Assembly: GCA_048213135.1 (NCBI GenBank)
Contig: PS015388.1
Span: 1 to 64,000, forward strand
Source of the DNA: Reclinomonas americana ATCC 50394
Taxonomy: Eukaryota
Reading direction: 5' to 3'
DNA: 64,000 nucleotides
The position numbers were made by a program, and so were the translations under genes. The notes under the pieces are model-generated. The model made no database searches. It was not told where the DNA came from and saw nothing but the letters and a program-made list of their open reading frames with translations. This document shows positions 44,201-64,000 of the stretch, piece by piece; position 1 is the first letter of the stretch; each line of letters begins with the position of its first letter.

Positions 44201-46925
44201 GTATGAGGTTTGTTCAGCACTTGCAGAGTGAGAGACGCACACACGCACGAACTTCTCTTATCTCTGCTCATTGTCTTTCTTTCAGCAACAGGAATACTCT
44301 CTCTCTCTCTCACTCTCTCCCTCACACGCGCTCCTCCTTGCCCTCTCTGATGACTGAAGAGAACATGTTGTCTGCAGCATGCTGGCACGGCAGTCATTGG
44401 AGACGCTTGCCGGCCGCCTGGCCGAGATACGAGCACTCGCACTTCATGAGGTGCTGAGCAAGAACCTGGCCGAGTGCACGCCGCTGATGCGACAGGCGCT
44501 GTTGCTGGTCGCGGCGCTGCAGCAGATGCGAGTGCACGCCACGGCTCGTACCGTGACAATGTTGGTTCGGCTGATTGGACGTTGTGATGCATCTCACGAT
44601 TGGCTGCAACAGCTTGCCACGCAACGTAGAGTCGAAGATGGTCGTGATGACTACGATGATGTGTTGGAGGCACTGGACTTGCTCTGTCAGTCGATGCTGA
44701 TGCGGTCCACTGCGACACTGTCATACGACGCATTGTGTCGAATGTTGTTGGTAACGGCTGGTGAAGGTCCGCCATCATCAACAGAGGCATACGGAGTGCA
44801 CGACCTGGTGATGGAGTGGCTGACAGTGGGAGAGTGCGAGAGGAGTCTTCAGCAGTGTCGCGATGCATTGTCGGATGTAATGCTCTCTGCATTGGCCTTT
44901 GTTGACGAACGCAGCTTCACCGACAACGTGCTGCTCGACATTCGCGCTGGCCTGCACGTGCTGTGGAACGAGCTGTGGTGGCTGTTGCGGCGTCGATGCA
45001 ATTTGACTAGCGCGGCACCGCCTGCTGTGACGACGATGCGGCTCGACGGCGTAACTCACTTGTCGTTGTTGGTCGAGCATCGACTTCCCGTCGTCGACTT
45101 CGGCATCGATGTGGCACTGGCGTGCGCCACGTGGCTTCGCCAGCAGGGCAACGACGGCGTGCACCGAGATGTACTGCGCAGCCGAGCACTGTGTGTGACG
45201 GCGTTGCTGCAATGTGCGCGTCGCGTAGAGGATGCTGTGGACTATCTCACGGAGCACGTGAAGACTCCAGAGGTGCGAGATGATGCGGTTACGGTGGCAA
45301 CCCTGCTGCTCACGCGCGCTACCCTCTTGCGAAATCTCGGACGTCACGCTGAAGCTGAGCAAGTGTATCGAGAGGTGGTGGCCAGGCAGCGTGTAACGCA
45401 TGGTGACAATCATCGCGACACGCTGGCTTCCACGGCCCGTCTCGCTGTATGCCTGCAGGAGAGTGACGATCTCGCCGGCGCCGAGCGCTTGTATCGGCAG
45501 GTGCTAGTCAAGCAACGTGAGACGCTCGGTGACAAGCATGCTGACACGCTGGCTACCGTGAGCAATCTCGCCAGCTGTCTCCAGATGAGTGGCCGCCTGT
45601 CGGAAGCCGAGCGACTCTGGCGGGAGGTGGTAGTGCAACGGCGTGCAGTGCTTGGCGACCGGCATCCGGACACGTTGACGTCCATGAGCAGTTTCGCCGG
45701 CTGCATCCAGGCCAGCGGCGATCTCTCCGAAGCCGAGCGACTGTACCGCGAGGTGGTGGCACTGAGACGTGCGGTGCTCGGTGCCAGACATCCGGACACG
45801 CTGGCCTCCATGCACTGTCGCGCCAGCTGCATCCAGGCCAGCGGCAATCACCGCGAAGCTGAGCGACTGCATCGCGAGGTGTTGACGTTGAATCGAGCGG
45901 TGCTCGGTGACAGGCACCCAGACACGCTGACGTCCATGCACAGTCTCGCGGGCTGTGTGCACGCCAAGGGCAATCTCGCCGAAGCCGAGCGACTGCACCG
46001 GGAGGTGTTGGTGCTGATGCGGGAGGTGCATGGTGACCGGCATCCAAGCACACTGACATCGATGAACAGCCTGGCCAACTGTGTGCAAGAGTGCGGCGGT
46101 CTCGCCGAAGCCGAGCGACTGTACCGGGAGCTGTTTACGTGCAGTGTCGATGTGTTTGGTGAGGTGCACCCACAAACGCTATCGTACTCGAGTAATCTCG
46201 CCGCGTGCATTGGCAAGCGGGGGAGACTCGCCGAAGCCGTGCGACTTTATCGACCGCTGTTGGCGATGCAGCGGGAGGTGATTGGCGACCGGCATCCGCA
46301 CACGCTGGCGTGCATCAACAACTTTGCCAATTGCTTGCAGGCCAGCGGCAATTTGTTGGAGGCCGAGCGACTGTACCGCGAGGTGTTGCCGTTGCAGCGT
46401 GCGATGCTTGGTACCAGGCATCCGTACACACTGGCGTCCATGGACAATGTCGCCAAGTGCGCCGAGGCGCACGGCAATCTCGCCGAAGCCGAGCGACTGT
46501 ATCGGGAGGTGCTGTTGTTGATGCGTGAGATGCTCAGCGAGAGGCATCCAGACACGCTGGCGGCCATGAGCCGCCTCGCCATGTGCGTCCACAGGAGCGG
46601 CCACTTTGCCGAAGCCGAGCGGTTGCAGCGGGACTTGTTGGCACTGCGACGAGAGGTGCTCGGCGCGCGACATTGCGACACGCTGACGTCGATGAACAAC
46701 CTCGCAGTCTGCGTGCACCGAAACGGCAGGTTCGCCGAGGCCGAGCGACTGTATCGTGAAGTGGCGGCGATGAGTGGCGGAGTGCTCGGTGGCATTCACC
46801 CGTACACGCTGGCGTCGATGTTCAATCTCGCCAGCTGCGTCGAGGCGAGTGGAAGGGTGGCGGAGGCCGACGTGGTGCGGTGGGAGTTGTCGGTGTTGTT
46901 GAGGGGGTTGATGGGGGCGATGTGA
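40397..46925 (+). CDS. NLR-like STAND (NB-ARC) ATPase with C-terminal 42-aa TPR repeats; N-terminal domain possibly DZIP3-type HEPN-like; start uncertain
   Basis: Walker A GEGGSGKT, Walker B ILLLDNV, sensor VIVTTR and MHD-like VHDLV. About 12-13 HPDTL.SM..LA.C....G.LAEAERLYREV repeats lie in the terminal exon 44378-46925. Confidence 0.85.
43070..43910. repeat. Degenerate TG/TC-rich intronic repeat
   Basis: Recurrent ..GTGTGTTCTC..TTTGTGTGCAC..CTCGTGTGCTGC.. blocks in the NLR intron. Confidence 0.6.
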
Positions 46926-47042
46926 GGGGGAGGGGGAGTGGTGAGCGGGGAAAGGGTGGTAATGTAGACCTTCTCTTAAGCAGCACGTGCATATTCTGGG
47001 GTGGCTTTGTTTTATTCCTCAGTGGAGAGTGTGCATGGCTGG

Positions 47043-48582
47043 AAACAGTGCAATATACTCGANNNNNNNNNNNNNNNNNNNNNNNNNNNNNNNNNNNNNN
47101 NNNNNNNNNNNNNNNNNNNNNNNNNNNNNNNNNNNNNNNNNNNNNNNNNNNNNNNNNNNNNNNNNNNNNNNNNNNNNNNNNNNNNNNNNNNNNNNNNNNN
47201 NNNNNNNNNNNNNNNNNNNNNNNNNNNNNNNNNNNNNNNNNNNNNNNNNNNNNNNNNNNNNNNNNNNNNNNNNNNNNNNNNNNNNNNNNNNNNNNNNNNN
47301 NNNNNNNNNNNNNNNNNNNNNNNNNNNNNNNNNNNNNNNNNNNNNNNNNNNNNNNNNNNNNNNNNNNNNNNNNNNNNNNNNNNNNNNNNNNNNNNNNNNN
47401 NNNNNNNNNNNNNNNNNNNNNNNNNNNNNNNNNNNNNNNNNNNNNNNNNNNNNNNNNNNNNNNNNNNNNNNNNNNNNNNNNNNNNNNNNNNNNNNNNNNN
47501 NNNNNNNNNNNNNNNNNNNNNNNNNNNNNNNNNNNNNNNNNNNNNNNNNNNNNNNNNNNNNNNNNNNNNNNNNNNNNNNNNNNNNNNNNNNNNNNNNNNN
47601 NNNNNNNNNNNNNNNNNNNNNNNNNNNNNNNNNNNNNNNNNNNNNNNNNNNNNNNNNNNNNNNNNNNNNNNNNNNNNNNNNNNNNNNNNNNNNNNNNNNN
47701 NNNNNNNNNNNNNNNNNNNNNNNNNNNNNNNNNNNNNNNNNNNNNNNNNNNNNNNNNNNNNNNNNNNNNNNNNNNNNNNNNNNNNNNNNNNNNNNNNNNN
47801 NNNNNNNNNNNNNNNNNNNNNNNNNNNNNNNNNNNNNNNNNNNNNNNNNNNNNNNNNNNNNNNNNNNNNNNNNNNNNNNNNNNNNNNNNNNNNNNNNNNN
47901 NNNNNNNNNNNNNNNNNNNNNNNNNNNNNNNNNNNNNNNNNNNNNNNNNNNNNNNNNNNNNNNNNNNNNNNNNNNNNNNNNNNNNNNNNNNNNNNNNNNN
48001 NNNNNNNNNNNNNNNNNNNNNCGACCAATTCCGTCGAGCCGGAGTGTTCGCTTGACAATCACTCATACAAAGCAACGCCGGGAGAGAAGAGCGAGGAGAA
48101 TGCAGAAGTGCACAGTCACTCTTGCACTCTCACTGCTCCTCCTCTTTACTTTCTCACATGCATGCTCAACATGCAACAGTGACGCACAAGACTCCGTCAC
48201 TCACAACCTTGTAACGAGCATATGGTCGCGTCTGACCAACTCCTTGTCTTCCTCGTCAGTCGAGTGAGAAAGGCAGAATTCGAAAACAGTGCAATATACT
48301 CGACGACCAATTCCGTCGAGCCGGAGTGTTCGTTTCGCAATCACACATACAAAGCAACACTGGGAGAGAAGAGTACGGAGAAAGAATGCAGAAGTGCACA
48401 GTCACTCTTGCACTCTTACTGCTCCTCCTCATCTCCTACTCTGATGCATGCTCAACATGCAACAGTGACGCACAAGACTCCGTCACTCACAACTTTGTAA
48501 CGAGCTTGTGGTCGCGTCTGACCAGCTCCTTGTCTTCTTCCTCGTCAGTGGATAGTGAGCACAGTGGAAAGAGCAAGTCAGG
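47043..48582. repeat. Tandem array of a unit of about 280 bp interrupted by gaps
   Basis: AAACAGTGCAATATACTCGA occurs at 47043 and about 48284. Bases 48022-48265 are highly similar to 48304-48550. Confidence 0.8.
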
Positions 48583-48749
48583 NNNNNNNNNNNNNNNNNN
48601 NNNNNNNNNNNNNNNNNNNNNNNNNNNNNNNNNNNNNNNNNNNNNNNNNNNNNNNNNNNNNNNNNNNNNNNNNNNNNNNNNNNNNNNNNNNNNNNNNNNN
48701 NNNNNNNNNNNNNNNNNNNNNNNNNNNNNNNNNNNNNNNNNNNNNNNNN

Positions 48750-64000
<15,251 letters not shown>

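Noticed and set aside
45330-46880. CRISPR-like repeat/spacer periodicity
   Set aside because: These are 126-bp coding TPR repeats in a continuous ORF of a eukaryotic gene.
34245-46925. Alternative genetic code or stop-codon readthrough
   Set aside because: The long exons (kinesin stalk, TPR exon) are open in the standard code, and the apparent in-frame stops fall in introns.

Overview
Intron-rich eukaryotic (probably protist) genomic DNA from a gapped draft assembly. It is rich in microsatellites and has TACG pyrosequencing-type noise beside the gaps. No rRNA, tRNA, CRISPR array or recognisable transposon was seen. Manual GT-AG splicing gives about 11 genes: WD40-BTB/BACK, an unknown coiled-coil protein, TMEM260-like, a possible TIR-like protein, a lipidated IFI44-like GTPase, an ankyrin-coiled coil-Pelle/RLK-like kinase-RING protein, kinesin-4, a secreted OspF/SpvC/LanL-type phospho-Thr lyase-like protein, an NB-ARC-TPR NLR-like protein, and a very large NHL-TM-EF-hand-poly-ubiquitin-like receptor, plus one doubtful small gene. 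Three signals stand out. (1) A large class of 5' splice sites has its consensus shifted by one base (GTTGCGT/GTTGAGT) and almost always follows an exon that does not end in G. (2) A eukaryotic, intron-containing, signal-peptide-bearing phosphothreonine-lyase homologue lies head-to-head with the NLR-like gene. (3) A single-pass receptor carries at least 18 alternating Ubl domains. All gene models and domain calls were made by eye and need RNA-seq and HMM confirmation.
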